Below, in pieces: positions 9,546-18,876 of a stretch of DNA of 55,821 nt. Numbering within the stretch: position 1 is the stretch's first letter; each line of letters opens with the position of its first letter. This stretch comes from an uncultured virus (IMG/VR IMGVR_UViG_3300027704_001989) (lineage: Duplodnaviria > Heunggongvirae > Uroviricota > Caudoviricetes). Made by a program: the position numbers and the translations under genes. Below the pieces are notes generated by a model that had not been told where the DNA came from, did no database searches, and saw only the letters and a program-made list of their open reading frames with translations. Where the stretch lies: the IMG/VR virus record IMGVR_UViG_3300027704_001989. One strand, written 5' to 3'.

Positions 9546-9553
9546 TATTTATC
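9546..9553 (-). promoter_or_regulatory. Late-type promoter GATAAATA (leaderless)
   Basis: GATAAATA-TCTGC-ATG; overlaps the upstream TGA. Confidence 0.8.
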
Positions 9554-9977
9554 AGCGAATGAGTTTGGCCTTCAGGGTATCGCGGAGTCTATCAATAATT
9601 GTTTGTCTATTGGTGGTGTAAGCAGGGTCTTCGTCGCCGCCATCGCATGGTGAGTCAGACTCTTCATCGTGATCTGGGTGTACAATTACTGCTGTTTCTG
9701 GCTCTTCGTCACCTGATACTTCAGCTTCTGGCTCTGCTTGGGGCTCTTCTTGATTAGGTAATGTAATGCCTGCTAGTCTTAAAACGTCATGTAGTTCTTG
9801 CATGCTTGAAGCATTTGCACTAACTGTTACACTAGCATCACCCTTTCTTTTGGTTTTGCTGTAAGAAACGTTTTCTTTGTCTTCTTCTTGATCTGGTATA
9901 CCATATGGCTCGCCTGCCATTGGCATAGCATTTTCCATAAGTTGTATTAGTCTTTTGTTTTCGTCATGATTATTCAT
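9552..9977 (-). CDS. Hypothetical acidic protein
   Basis: 141 aa ORF in the late cluster. Confidence 0.8.
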   Translation of the reverse strand: MNNHDENKRLIQLMENAMPMAGEPYGIPDQEEDKENVSYSKTKRKGDASVTVSANASSMQELHDVLRLAGITLPNQEEPQAEPEAEVSGDEEPETAVIVHPDHDEESDSPCDGGDEDPAYTTNRQTIIDRLRDTLKAKLIR

Positions 9978-9989
9978 TATACTTTCCCG

Positions 9990-10691
9990 TTAAACCTTGT
10001 TGCTTGCTTGGCTGATATTATCAACTTCTTTAGTTTGTTCGCCAGTACGACCCATGTTAGGTTGGTTCATCATGTCGTCATGCATTGCTCTTAAGTCATC
10101 ACCCATCAGTTGAGATTTTGTTGGGTAGTTAGTAAAGTAATCTGCACCTTTTTCTGCTTTAAGTCTTTCTAACTCTGCTAAAAACTTAGTGTTGTATGCT
10201 TCGCCGAATAGATCAAAGTCAACGTCGGCGCCTTGTGCGGCTTCGTATGATTCATGTGTTATTTCTTCTTGTGCTAATACTGCCTCTTCTTTATTAACCA
10301 ATCTTCCGTCGTCGTTTATTTTACGCTCTGCGGCCATTTCACTTTCAACACGTCTAGGATCGTTGACACCGTAGCATAATACTCTACTGTGATCTAAGCC
10401 TAAGTTAACTGCTAACCATACTTCTAAAATTCTTTCATTGACTGGGTACTTTAGGATAATATCAGAAGAACAAACTTCGCTAGTGCATTGTGTGCCTTTG
10501 TAACGCACAAACTCTATTGGGTTTTCTTCTATAGGTGTTCTTTTAAAAGGAGTAGCACTGACTAAGTTATATTTTGCTAAACAACTTTCAACTTTGGCCA
10601 TATGGTCTGCACCGCAATCAGCAGCAAACTTGACTCTGTATCCGTATTCCTTTTTAAAGGATTCTGTTATATAATCTTTAAATAATTTCAT
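9990..10691 (-). CDS. Hypothetical protein, possibly a capsid-internal protein
   Basis: N-terminus MKLFKDYITE resembles the T4 capsid-targeting sequence; GATAAATA at 10724-10731. Confidence 0.75.
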   Translation of the reverse strand: MKLFKDYITESFKKEYGYRVKFAADCGADHMAKVESCLAKYNLVSATPFKRTPIEENPIEFVRYKGTQCTSEVCSSDIILKYPVNERILEVWLAVNLGLDHSRVLCYGVNDPRRVESEMAAERKINDDGRLVNKEEAVLAQEEITHESYEAAQGADVDFDLFGEAYNTKFLAELERLKAEKGADYFTNYPTKSQLMGDDLRAMHDDMMNQPNMGRTGEQTKEVDNISQASNKV

Positions 10692-10746
10692 ATTGTCTCT
10701 CTAAGTAATCCAATCGTTACAACTATTTATCAAATTGATGTAAAAA

Positions 10747-11226
10747 TTAATCACCTTTTATAATCCTTAGTAATTCGTTACGATCATATACTTGTGTAGG
10801 GCCTGAGCCGTCGTCGTAGTTATCGTTTTGATTTTTTGTCTTATCTAGCCTTGCTTTTTTCATCATTAGGTCTAGTTGTTGTAGTTTTGCTTTTGTTTTT
10901 GTATCTTGTGCTTCTAGTGCAATCTTTAGCATGTTGCTTGCTTCAGCAAATATTTTACCTGCCGCCATATCGCTTACATTCATACCTAGCGTCATTAATT
11001 GTGCATAACTGTCTAAGGCTTTTTGTGCTATATCATTCATCTCTACTTCGTGATCACCTAATCCTCTGACTTCTTTAAATGCATCGTTGATCTTTTCTGC
11101 GATTGTTAACCCATTGTTTACAATCTCTATTTCTTGTTTTGTTTCTTCGATAGTGGGCACTTTTTCTGCTTCTATTGCTTCTTCCATAGATGGTAGATTA
11201 AATTCTTCTTCTAGTTTCTTTGTCAT
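10747..11226 (-). CDS. Probable terminase small subunit
   Basis: 159 aa helical/coiled-coil protein upstream of gp17 and near gp4; assignment from position and size only. Confidence 0.45.
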   Translation of the reverse strand: MTKKLEEEFNLPSMEEAIEAEKVPTIEETKQEIEIVNNGLTIAEKINDAFKEVRGLGDHEVEMNDIAQKALDSYAQLMTLGMNVSDMAAGKIFAEASNMLKIALEAQDTKTKAKLQQLDLMMKKARLDKTKNQNDNYDDGSGPTQVYDRNELLRIIKGD

Positions 11227-11945
11227 TGTTTAAATCCTAGTTTTATCAACTGTATTGTTCTACCGCCTATGTCTAGAGGATGAAACAATGTTTCGCGTTG
11301 TGTCTTGTGGTGTAATGTGTGGAAGCCTTCACCAAATGTAAGTAGTCCTACAATTAGATCATTGTGTGCCGCTCCGTTTCTATGCGAGTAAGAAAACACT
11401 AAACTGCCTATTAATTTAGCAAATCCTGCTGGTGCTAGCCAAGCATATATTAATGCAAATGGGTCTACTAGTGCTAGTATAACTGCATATACTGCTATAA
11501 ACTCCCAGTAGTACTTAACCTGTGCCCTATATATGTTGTCCCTTAATAAGTTACCAGCCCATTTAACATTAGGTTCGGTAAACACTTGTAAAAAGTGTGC
11601 ATAAAGGTATCCCTTGAATAAAGGACTATGTGGATCTTTGTCAGTATCAGTAAACTTGTGATGTGCTCGATGAGTTGCTACCCAAAGTATTGCAGGGCCT
11701 ACCATCATTATATGTGCAAAGAATAGCATTACTAGTTCAAACCATTTAGGACACTTAAACATTTTGTGGCTTAAATATCTATGGTAACCTAATGTTAAAC
11801 CAAACAACATTATACAGGAATACATTGTTGCACCGATAGCCCACTGTGTTGCTGTTGCATACATAAACATAGGCACAATGGCAAGCATACTGGCTACTTG
11901 GCCAGCAAAAAGACTATATTGCATTCCTAATTTACCTAATTGCAT
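11223..11945 (-). CDS. Membrane fatty-acid (delta-9-type) desaturase
   Basis: His boxes HRYLSH, HRAHH, HTLHH; DTDKDPHSP and GEGFH motifs; TM segments. Confidence 0.93.
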   Translation of the reverse strand: MQLGKLGMQYSLFAGQVASMLAIVPMFMYATATQWAIGATMYSCIMLFGLTLGYHRYLSHKMFKCPKWFELVMLFFAHIMMVGPAILWVATHRAHHKFTDTDKDPHSPLFKGYLYAHFLQVFTEPNVKWAGNLLRDNIYRAQVKYYWEFIAVYAVILALVDPFALIYAWLAPAGFAKLIGSLVFSYSHRNGAAHNDLIVGLLTFGEGFHTLHHKTQRETLFHPLDIGGRTIQLIKLGFKQ

Positions 11946-11950
11946 AATGC

Positions 11951-11958
11951 TATTTATC
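11951..11958 (-). promoter_or_regulatory. Late-type promoter GATAAATA (leaderless) of the desaturase
   Basis: GATAAATA-GCATT-ATG. Confidence 0.8.
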
Positions 11959-11959
11959 G

Positions 11960-12415
11960 TTATTTTTTACGTTTCTTAGGATTTCGAGGTTTATTGTTTC
12001 GAAATATTTGGTCTTCGTTGATTACTTTGAAACGAATGCCTTTGCGTTTGCACCATTCTTGTGCGGCAGTCCACTTAGCGGCATTTATAGCAACTTGTAT
12101 TTGCTGTCCTTTGCCTCTAGCATTTTCCATTGTAGTTTGATTTGCTGGCTTAATTTCAATTAGCTCAACATGTTCTGCTCCGCCTTTGTCTATGTATTGT
12201 ATCATAAAGTCAGGCACATAGTTAGTGTACTTGCCTGTTAATGGGTTTTGATAAGGTATTTTAACATTCTCACTAGCCCATTTTTTTATGTTGGGGTGGC
12301 TGTCGCACATACGCATAAAGGCTAGTTCCCAACTGCTTCGATAATATGGTTTTTTACTGCCGGCATACTTAGGTGTGTTTACTACTTCGTAAACACCCTG
12401 AGCGAATTTGCTCAT
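11960..12415 (-). CDS. gp4: Head completion nuclease (gp4-like, TnsA fold)
   Basis: YRSSWE, WASE, YVPDF, EIKP, INAAKW, FKVINE motifs. Confidence 0.9.
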   Translation of the reverse strand: MSKFAQGVYEVVNTPKYAGSKKPYYRSSWELAFMRMCDSHPNIKKWASENVKIPYQNPLTGKYTNYVPDFMIQYIDKGGAEHVELIEIKPANQTTMENARGKGQQIQVAINAAKWTAAQEWCKRKGIRFKVINEDQIFRNNKPRNPKKRKK

Positions 12416-12846
12416 GGCTGGATTAGGCCTGCGACCTTAGTGTTGCTATTGATACTCGGTACTGCAATTCCTACACGGCTTCCTGCCGGACGTAAACTAT
12501 TCATTGCGTTGTATGCATCAACTGTTAAGTTAAGTGAATTCTCATTGACATCAAAATATTCAAGCGGGTCTACGTTGCTGGCACTGGATACTGCCATTAG
12601 CACATCTGTCATTGCTTTTGCAGCCGAGTTCTTAAATCCTGTTTTTTGTAATTTACTTTCTACCATACTAACTGTTGCAGGGTTATATGTTTTATTTCCT
12701 TTAGCGGTTAGCGTTGCAAGTAGTTCTGAGCTTGCTTCCGGTAGAGGAAATTTTATAGTTGCAGATTCTAAATATGCAACCAGTGTTCCGTTAACCATTT
12801 CGTAGGAAGTAGTATTACCGAATGTATCGTATAGGCTAGAAGACAT
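12412..12846 (-). CDS. Hypothetical protein (tail operon)
   Basis: 144 aa ORF translationally coupled on both sides. Confidence 0.8.
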   Translation of the reverse strand: MSSSLYDTFGNTTSYEMVNGTLVAYLESATIKFPLPEASSELLATLTAKGNKTYNPATVSMVESKLQKTGFKNSAAKAMTDVLMAVSSASNVDPLEYFDVNENSLNLTVDAYNAMNSLRPAGSRVGIAVPSINSNTKVAGLIQP

Positions 12847-13730
12847 TATTTTTTAAGCTCCTGCCCTGCTCTAGCTCTAGGGGTGCCGGGCGATCCCAGG
12901 AATTCATTATTTCTTGTTCCTCGAACATTGCCTTTAATTTGATCTTTTCCAAGTTCTGTCCATGTCCCAATTAGATCAAAAGCATTATCTTTAACATTGT
13001 TTTGTTCAAATCTTGCTAAGTCTGTTTCATCCATTTCGAAGTTAAACTTACTGTTAACAGTCATACTTTCTATTTCAAAATCAATGTCAAATGTTCTAAT
13101 TCCTGAATCAGTATAGTCTAATGACTCTGGAGTAAATGAAGTAATTTGAGGTCTAAATAAAATATATTCTACTCCTTTACCGCCGTGATAATTAATTATG
13201 CGGATACTATCAATGAAGTGGGTCTCTTCGTGTATGTCCATTCCTGCATCATTACTTTTGTAACCACCGCTCATGTATGCACTGTTGGTGCTGACTGATG
13301 TTTTATTAGAATCCCACTGTACAGCACTTTGGTCACGGTTGTTTCCAACGCCTTCAGTTGTTCTGTTACGAGGATCATTATATTGAAATGCAAAATATTT
13401 CATGAACATTGTTAACCATTCGTTAGCAACTGTGTCGATCACAGTAATACTACAAGGGCCGTAATCGACCCCAGTTTGTACTATTCTACGATGGTTGTAT
13501 TGTCTCTTGACTGCTGTTTGAAAAGTGATTTCAGGAATCTTAACAGTCTGCACTAACGTGCTGAGTTGTGTTCTTAGTGTTTCACTATCTTGTATTACGT
13601 TAGCAATTGCAGGGTTAAAATGAAACTCTGCAAAGCCTTGGAACTTTTGTCTAGGAGGCGTAACGCCAGGGTTGAACCTGTCTGCGTTACGCCAATTCCT
13701 AAAGTATGTTTGACCAAAATTAAACGGCAT
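12846..13730 (-). CDS. Tail-tube-like protein (baseplate-tube initiator, gp48/gp54 type)
   Basis: Tube-fold pattern VQTVKIPEI..YNHRRIVQTGVDYGPCSITVID and LDYTDS; follows gp19. Confidence 0.6.
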   Translation of the reverse strand: MPFNFGQTYFRNWRNADRFNPGVTPPRQKFQGFAEFHFNPAIANVIQDSETLRTQLSTLVQTVKIPEITFQTAVKRQYNHRRIVQTGVDYGPCSITVIDTVANEWLTMFMKYFAFQYNDPRNRTTEGVGNNRDQSAVQWDSNKTSVSTNSAYMSGGYKSNDAGMDIHEETHFIDSIRIINYHGGKGVEYILFRPQITSFTPESLDYTDSGIRTFDIDFEIESMTVNSKFNFEMDETDLARFEQNNVKDNAFDLIGTWTELGKDQIKGNVRGTRNNEFLGSPGTPRARAGQELKK

Positions 13731-13748
13731 TATATACCTGCCTTAACC

Positions 13749-14381
13749 TTAACCTAGAATCGATGTTCCAAGTCCAGTAGCTAGTTCAGTAAACGGATTA
13801 CCTGATTCGCCTCTGCCTGCTCCAGCATTACCACCTGCTAAATGCACTGCGTTATCGAAACGTAATGTTAAAGTAATAATCTGTGATTCTGCTGCTGAGT
13901 AATCGTGATCACCGTATGTTACGTTCTGAACAAAACAACCTTCTAGTTCCCATGTCTCAGAAGCTTCATTATTGTTAGTTCCGTCTAACACTTCAATGGT
14001 AACTGGAAATTTAAAATCGTTAGCTGATGCTGCTGTTGTTTGTTGGAAATGGTTAACTTGTCTTTGTACTTGATTACCTACTAGTTTAGAAACTGCGTTA
14101 GTAATGTCGTCACGTATAACAATGTCAACTGTCTGCCATGTATGCTTTCCTTGTACATAAATCTTACTATTGAAACTGTGTACTTCTACTTCATCAACGC
14201 TGACAGAAGGCCTAGTAACACTTTGAATGTTCTGTGTCAAAGATGTAGTAGCCTGTGTTCCTGCAAATGGTGATATAAAGTTTACACGGAATCGATACTT
14301 CAATTTAGGCATTAAGATGCCGCCGGCACTATTAGCACTAGTGTTTAACGGTACGCCGAATTTATCCTTTGTTACTGCCAT
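13749..14381 (-). CDS. gp19: Tail tube protein
   Basis: PKLKYRFRV, GKHTW, WELEGCF, LTLRFD; directly after the sheath gene; GATAAATA at 14422-14429. Confidence 0.9.
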   Translation of the reverse strand: MAVTKDKFGVPLNTSANSAGGILMPKLKYRFRVNFISPFAGTQATTSLTQNIQSVTRPSVSVDEVEVHSFNSKIYVQGKHTWQTVDIVIRDDITNAVSKLVGNQVQRQVNHFQQTTAASANDFKFPVTIEVLDGTNNNEASETWELEGCFVQNVTYGDHDYSAAESQIITLTLRFDNAVHLAGGNAGAGRGESGNPFTELATGLGTSILG

Positions 14382-14446
14382 TTTATATTCTCCTAAAATC
14401 TATAAATGTTTTATATGCTAATATTTATCAAAAAGACTCCAAAACC

Positions 14447-14465
14447 ATAAACTCGAGTTTTAATT
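14447..14465. repeat. 19-bp element ATAAACTCGAGTTTTAATT, copy 1
   Basis: Identical to 52959-52977; palindromic core AAACTCGAGTTT. Confidence 0.85.
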
Positions 14466-14470
14466 TAGTC

Positions 14471-14495
14471 AAAAAAAAGCACTCCGAAGAGTGCT
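14471..14495 (-). terminator. Intrinsic terminator with C(UUCG)G tetraloop
   Basis: AGCACUC-UUCG-GAGUGCU plus U tract; identical to 43368-43392. Confidence 0.92.
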
Positions 14496-14518
14496 CTTTA
14501 AGTAGTTTAAGTGTAACC

Positions 14519-17332
14519 TTAACCAGTTGAACCCAAAGTATTTTGAATTCTAATCGGAATGTATATAAACTCAACTGCTTTGACAGGCTGTATAGCTACA
14601 TCAATGTGCAATTCGTTTCTATCAATTCTTGCTGGTGTGTTGTTAGACTCGTCACAAACAGTAACGAAGTCAAATAGACCACGTTGTGTGATTAATTCAC
14701 TTAAGAATCTATCAACTACTGATTTTGCGTTAGTTCTAGTAACACTGTCGTTTGGCTCAAACAAGAATGGCTTAACTGCATCATCGAGTTGTTCTCTGAT
14801 GTAGATAACTAGTCTTGAAACATTAATTCTATCCAACGCACTTGCTGATGGATTCAATGTTTTTTGTCCAAATACACTAATGCCTCTTCCTGGGAATGAC
14901 GCAATTGGGTTTACCTTGTTTAAGTATAAACCATCACGTTGTCCTTCGTTCAATGAAACTGGGACGTATTCGCCTTCTTTAGAATCTAAGTATCCTGTTG
15001 AAGTAGCATTACTAACGATACCACGTTGGAAACCAGCTGGTGCAAACCAAGGGAAAGCAACCTGGTCATTGTATGCAAAAGTACGCAATGCCATGTGTGA
15101 TGCTGGTACTAAAATATTTGTACCATCAGTGTTAGTTGTTAATGCATGCGGGTAGTAAACACCTGCTTGAGCACTTGCACTTACAAGACCGTTTTCGCCA
15201 TTTTCTACTGCTGTATTAGCATTGGTTGCCCAAGCTGCTGTGCTAGTATTATCTGCCGCTAGTCTTAAAGGAGTATCAATGATTGAGAAGACTGTGTCTT
15301 TTCTATCAACACTCAATGTAAGCATTTCGTCTGCTAGTTCAGGATAACCTGGTACTGCAACTAAGTTGAAACGATTTGTTTCATTACGAATGTCTGCATT
15401 ACTTGTTATTGCTGATTGTAGTGATTTAGTAACTGCTTTACGCTGTGCCTTTCTTAACAATAAGCCTGAACCGTCTGCTGCGTTGCCTGAGAATGAAACC
15501 CAAACATTAGCAGTACTTGATGCACTTAATGCATAGTTTATACGCCATTGCTTAACATTACCACCTGAAGCTCTGTAGTTAAAACCTAGCATACCTTGTG
15601 GATATAAAGCTGCACTCGGAGCGTCTGCGTCTAATGAACCTGCACTTGATTGTCTAAAATCATCAAACAATATACCGTCTGGTGTGCTCTGATCTGTAAG
15701 ATCAACTAGTACCCATATTGTAGCATTGTGCTTGTAAAGTTTTAAGGCTTCAGTATCTGAGCTGTCTAACCATACATCACCACTTACTAAAGAAGTTGTT
15801 CCATCTGATTGTACAGTTGGTTCAGTTGCTTTAGTTTGGAAATCAGTTGTTAAACTTACCCATGTTGTACCGTTATGCTCTAACAAGTCAATGTTATTAG
15901 TACTAATATCAGCGTCATACCATAATGTAGCATTTGCTGTTGCGCCTACTGGCTGAGTTGTACTTGGTGTGTAAGTCGCTGTAGATACTTTAAAGTTACT
16001 ATAACGTACTACTGCCAAGTTAAGGTCTGCTAATGCGAATCCATTAGTAGTAGCACCTGCTGTTAGTTTTATGTCATTTCCTTTGCTGTTTACAAAGCTA
16101 ACTTTACCGCCTACATTAGACACAACAAGTTGGTCTGAGAATGTAGTAGCTGCGTCGGCTGCTGAAAGAGCTGTTTGGATATCTGTTACTGCGTCATCTA
16201 CTGCTATGTTGCCTGAAGTACTACTTGTCAAAAACACATCAATTGCTGTTGTAGAATTGTTTACATTAATTTTAAACGCTGATGCTGATGCATCTACTTT
16301 AGAGCCTACAATTTCTGTATCAGTAATTGCTGCTGTACTTGCGAATGATAATGTTGACAAACCGTTCCACATGTTAAGTCTTGTACTTGCATATCTCTGG
16401 AATGAATCATTAATTTGATCAAACCACAGTGCGCCTTTTACTAACGAACCAGCTGCTGTATGATAAGCATAAGCTTCTGCTGTTGTTGATAGTATAGGAG
16501 CGTCTTGAGATACAAATTGTCCAGTTGAAACACTATATTTCTTAACCTGTACGTTTGCGCCACTGTTAGGTGCTGTTGACTGCATAAACACATCACCAGC
16601 TACTAATGCTCCACCACCTTGTTGAGTAGTTGGAATAGTTGTATGGGTTGCATGTTGGAAGTCTGCACTTGATTTAGCACTTGACCAAGCAGTTGTACCT
16701 ACTGAATACCAGTTGCCTGCTAACTTTTCATATATTGATAAGAAATCAGATTTGGTACCTGCAGCTACTACTGATACTAATGCAAAAGAGTCATTAGTAG
16801 AGAAAGCTGTTTTTGGTACTGTGTTTGCTTGTACGTCATTTTTGCCTGCTAGTAAAATAGTTTGACTGACCCACTTGCTTCCGTCCCATTCTTTAATACC
16901 CCAAGCACTGTTAGCAGTATCGATCCATAAAGAATCTGCTGCTGGCTTAGCTGATGGTGCAGTTGCACTTGCGTTTAGTTGATCTAAATCTACGTCTGCT
17001 CGTAGTACATAAGCCCTGTTGGATAATCCTAAGAAACTGTATGCTGCTGCTAGACCGTATTCGTTTGTTTCGTCTCCATGAACTGGTGTTCCGCCACTTG
17101 TTTTAAATGATGGGTTACCAAAGTTTTGTAATAATTCACGTTGACTTGTTATGTTATATAACTTGTTTGCTGTTGCCTTTGTAGTATAAGCGGCAGTTGA
17201 AGTTCCATCTGGTGCTTTCTTATCCTGTGCTGTTGCAATCACGATAAGAGGAACAGTACCAGCACCTGCAGGTGCGTAGAAACTTTCATCTGATACACTT
17301 AGACTAACGCCTGGCGATACTAATGTTGCCAT
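14519..17332 (-). CDS. gp18: Contractile tail sheath protein
   Basis: LVSPGVS, PWFAPAGFQRG, KVNPI, FGQKTL, LDRINVSRL, FLFEPND, PVKAVEFI; GATAAATA at 17378-17385. Confidence 0.97.
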   Translation of the reverse strand: MATLVSPGVSLSVSDESFYAPAGAGTVPLIVIATAQDKKAPDGTSTAAYTTKATANKLYNITSQRELLQNFGNPSFKTSGGTPVHGDETNEYGLAAAYSFLGLSNRAYVLRADVDLDQLNASATAPSAKPAADSLWIDTANSAWGIKEWDGSKWVSQTILLAGKNDVQANTVPKTAFSTNDSFALVSVVAAGTKSDFLSIYEKLAGNWYSVGTTAWSSAKSSADFQHATHTTIPTTQQGGGALVAGDVFMQSTAPNSGANVQVKKYSVSTGQFVSQDAPILSTTAEAYAYHTAAGSLVKGALWFDQINDSFQRYASTRLNMWNGLSTLSFASTAAITDTEIVGSKVDASASAFKINVNNSTTAIDVFLTSSTSGNIAVDDAVTDIQTALSAADAATTFSDQLVVSNVGGKVSFVNSKGNDIKLTAGATTNGFALADLNLAVVRYSNFKVSTATYTPSTTQPVGATANATLWYDADISTNNIDLLEHNGTTWVSLTTDFQTKATEPTVQSDGTTSLVSGDVWLDSSDTEALKLYKHNATIWVLVDLTDQSTPDGILFDDFRQSSAGSLDADAPSAALYPQGMLGFNYRASGGNVKQWRINYALSASSTANVWVSFSGNAADGSGLLLRKAQRKAVTKSLQSAITSNADIRNETNRFNLVAVPGYPELADEMLTLSVDRKDTVFSIIDTPLRLAADNTSTAAWATNANTAVENGENGLVSASAQAGVYYPHALTTNTDGTNILVPASHMALRTFAYNDQVAFPWFAPAGFQRGIVSNATSTGYLDSKEGEYVPVSLNEGQRDGLYLNKVNPIASFPGRGISVFGQKTLNPSASALDRINVSRLVIYIREQLDDAVKPFLFEPNDSVTRTNAKSVVDRFLSELITQRGLFDFVTVCDESNNTPARIDRNELHIDVAIQPVKAVEFIYIPIRIQNTLGSTG

Positions 17333-17436
17333 TTTGTTTTCTCCTAATATATTAAGATACGATTGATCGTATGCACTTATTTATCAGAATTTAGGTATTA
17401 GTGGGCTTTAAGGGAATTGAAAGGTATTAGGGGATA

Positions 17437-18099
17437 TTATACTAGTTTAAGTGTTTGTTTGAATTCGCCTGTGTTCCAATCGCGAATGTTTTCTACTTGT
17501 TTTGCTAGGCTTTCGATTGACCCATTGTTTGTAATTATATAGTCTACTGGGTGTCCTGCCCAGTTCCATTCGCTTTCATGTACGTCTGCATATTTAGTTT
17601 TCATTATTTTATGACTAATTGCGTTAGTGTGTGCGGTCTTTGCTGTCTCAAACCACTCGGGTAGTTCTCCACGTTGTACCCAAATAACAACTCCACCCAT
17701 TTCCTTAATGAGGTCTAGTTCGTTTTTAAATCTTGCATCGCTAACAACTGTGCAGGGTGCGTCATCGCCTTGTTTCATAATGCGATATTCTAAACTGTGT
17801 AGCCAAATATTAGGATCAAAGTGTGTGCGTAACACATCTGTGCCTATTAATTGTAGTGCTAGTCTTGGTGTAAAGTTCGGAATGCCTAATTTGCGAGCCC
17901 AATACAGATCGGGTGTTTCACGGAAGTCTCTACTTTCAATAGTATCGCCTTCCACCATGTCTCTTGGCCAACCAAATATAGATGCTGATAAGTCTTTTAA
18001 TGGGGCAGCAAAGCTATCTTCTATACAGCCACGTTCTACGAACATGTTTGCTACAGTGCCTTTGCCTGAACCTATTAGTCCAACTAATCCTATAATCAT
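17437..18099 (-). CDS. Deoxynucleoside monophosphate kinase (gp1-like)
   Basis: MIIGLVGLIGSGKGT, SFAAPLK, TPRLALQLIGT, SDARFKNE, HESE. Confidence 0.93.
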   Translation of the reverse strand: MIIGLVGLIGSGKGTVANMFVERGCIEDSFAAPLKDLSASIFGWPRDMVEGDTIESRDFRETPDLYWARKLGIPNFTPRLALQLIGTDVLRTHFDPNIWLHSLEYRIMKQGDDAPCTVVSDARFKNELDLIKEMGGVVIWVQRGELPEWFETAKTAHTNAISHKIMKTKYADVHESEWNWAGHPVDYIITNNGSIESLAKQVENIRDWNTGEFKQTLKLV

Positions 18100-18102
18100 A
18101 TA

Positions 18103-18861
18103 TTAACCTATTACAAATCCTAGTGGGTCACTGCCTTCTTCCATCATGTGAACCGCTTCATTTAGTTTCTCTAATTCTGCCTGAGCTTCAGATTTTAATG
18201 CTTCGCCGTTAAGAGTAATTGCACCACCTGCGCCTGGTAAGCCCGAAGTATACTTGCTTCTTGCTTCGCCTAGTATAAACTTACTTTGTGCTAATGCGTA
18301 TGCACTCAACCAATCACTTGCATAAACGTCTTTTAGCAATATCATCTCTGGTACAAAATTGTATACGCCAACTGCTACTTCTTCATTATGTCTAACATTT
18401 CTTAAAATCTGTAATACTTTACTATTGCGATTCCAAATAAAGTTATATTCACTACCAAAGATACGTCCAACTGTTTCTTTGTACTGTGAAAAAGCATCGT
18501 AAACTGCTAGTCCGCCTATTTGTCCTGCCTGCATCATGTACATGTTGTTGAATGCAACATCAAACGGATCAAAGTTTGCGCCGCCGCTACTACCGCCTAT
18601 ACCTCTACGATAAAGTCGTCTAACTTCCATTACTTCATCTGGTAAAACGTATTCTGTTACATTTTCCTGTGTAGTAATGAAGATCATGCTTTCTTCGACA
18701 GCACCCGAACTAAGTTGTCTATACTTAGCCATTGCTTTGTTGACCGCTATATCGTAATGCTCGCGGTCTAGCTCAACGTCAACAATACCATCTGCTAAAC
18801 GCAGCTTAATTTCGCTAATGAGCTCTTCTCTGTTGCTGTAACCTATTTTATTAATCGCCAT
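18103..18861 (-). CDS. gp13: Neck protein gp13-like
   Basis: REELISEIKLRL..VDVEL, LGEARSKY..LPG..ITLNG; GATAAATA 5 nt upstream (18867-18874). Confidence 0.85.
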   Translation of the reverse strand: MAINKIGYSNREELISEIKLRLADGIVDVELDREHYDIAVNKAMAKYRQLSSGAVEESMIFITTQENVTEYVLPDEVMEVRRLYRRGIGGSSGGANFDPFDVAFNNMYMMQAGQIGGLAVYDAFSQYKETVGRIFGSEYNFIWNRNSKVLQILRNVRHNEEVAVGVYNFVPEMILLKDVYASDWLSAYALAQSKFILGEARSKYTSGLPGAGGAITLNGEALKSEAQAELEKLNEAVHMMEEGSDPLGFVIG

Positions 18862-18876
18862 AACACTATTTATCTA

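Noticed and set aside
11960..12415. TnsA transposase / Tn7 element
   Set aside because: Motifs and position fit T4 gp4; no tnsBC or terminal repeats.
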